Source: Marsupella aquatica (taxonomy: Eukaryota; Plantae; Marchantiophyta). Taken from it: a stretch of DNA of 64,000 nt. The position numbers were made by a program, and so were the translations under genes. The stretch covers positions 1,711,927 through 1,775,926 of the forward strand of contig OZ316898.1 of the NCBI GenBank assembly GCA_973895155.1, in the 5' to 3' direction. Positions 63,103-64,000 of this stretch are shown here, piece after piece; the stretch's first letter is position 1, and the number at the start of each line of letters is the position of its first letter. The notes beneath the pieces are model-generated. The model saw only the letters and a program-made list of their open reading frames with translations, was not told the origin of the DNA and did not search any database.

Positions 63103-64000
63103 CTAGCTCAATACCTGTGCGTTGCACAAAAGAAGTCATGTCGGCCAAGATGTCATTGAGAAAAATGATGTAGTGTCAGCCAAGAGGTCGTGGAGAAAAA
63201 AGATGTAGTGTTGCCTAGGAGGTCGTGGAGAGAAATGATGTCGTGTTGCCCAAGAGGTTGTGGAGAGAAAAGATGTCGTGTTGCCCAAGAGGTCGTTGAG
63301 AGAAACGATGTCATGTCGCCCAAGAGGTCGTTGAGAGTAAAGATGTAGTGTCGCCCAAGAGGTCATTGAGAGAAAAGAAGTTGTGTTGGTCAAGATGTCG
63401 TTGAGAAAAAAATGTTGTATTGGCCAAGAGGTCGTTGAAAGAAAATATGTAGTGTCAACCAAGAGGTCGTGGAGAAAAAAGATGTCTTGTCGCCCAAGAG
63501 GTCATTGAGAAAAAAATATGTCGTGTCGGCCAAGAAGACGTTGAGAAAAAAAGATGTCGTGTTGGCCAAGAGATCATTGAGCAAAAAAATGTCATGTCGG
63601 CCAAGAAGTCGTTGAGAAAAAAGACGTTGTGTCGGCCAAGATGTCATTGAGAAAAAATTGTCATGTTGGCGAAGATGTTGAGAAAAAAACGTCATGTCGG
63701 CCAAGACATCGTTCACGGAAAATACCCGTGCGTTGCACAAAAGATGTTGTTAAGAAATAAGATGTCGTGTTGCCCAAGATGTTGTTAAGTGAAAGATGTC
63801 ACAAAGTAAAAAAGATGTCTTAAGAAAAAGTAGTTTTGCCAAACATGCCATTGTGTGAAAGATGTTATTAAGAAAAGAGTGTCATTTTGCCAAAGATATC
63901 GTGAAGTAAAAGATGTTAAAAAATGGTGTTATTTCACCCAAGCTATCGTTCTGTGAAAAATGTTATGAAATAAAAAATCAAGGAAACTAAGGAGTGAGTC
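63103..64000 (-). mobile_element. Helitron 3' terminus with ~35-bp minisatellite (may continue beyond the window)
   Basis: The minus strand reads TGTGC-AAC-GCACA hairpin, GGTATTGAG, CTAG|T (plus coordinates 63128-63102), the canonical Helitron 3' end. About 17 units of GATGTCGTGT(T/C)G(C/G)CCAAGAGGTCGTTGAGAAAAA lie at 63133-63720, with degenerate units beyond. Confidence 0.8.

Noticed and set aside
63136-63740. Repetitive ORFs (TTSW.T..FF)
   Set aside because: They are translations of the Helitron minisatellite, not genes.

Overview
Eukaryotic land-plant nuclear DNA, probably a bryophyte (inferred from gene content and architecture, not proven). Five intron-containing genes could be spliced exon by exon with GT-AG junctions in frame: glycerophosphocholine acyltransferase (GPCAT/GPC1, -), the thylakoid zinc-finger protein FIP (+), a clade-B MAPK-type PP2C (-), Derlin-2 (-) and a carbonyl-reductase-type SDR (-). 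There is also one candidate two-exon orphan gene. The intergenic DNA is layered with mobile elements. A young Ty1/copia element (LTRs about 99% identical, 5-bp TSD, disabled pol) sits inside the 3' LTR of an older, decayed Bianca-type copia. The Bianca-type element has a half-tRNA-Ile primer site and a highly structured 3' region, and it is itself inserted in a tandem repeat. Also present are a Mutator-like MITE with a 9-bp TSD inside a satellite unit, a Helitron 3' end with a minisatellite, a foldback element and many tandem arrays. Several unrelated arrays share a TTATGGG/CCCATAA motif. I found no prokaryotic-type system (CRISPR, operon) and no clearly new system; the most novel leads are TE-related structures and the orphan gene.
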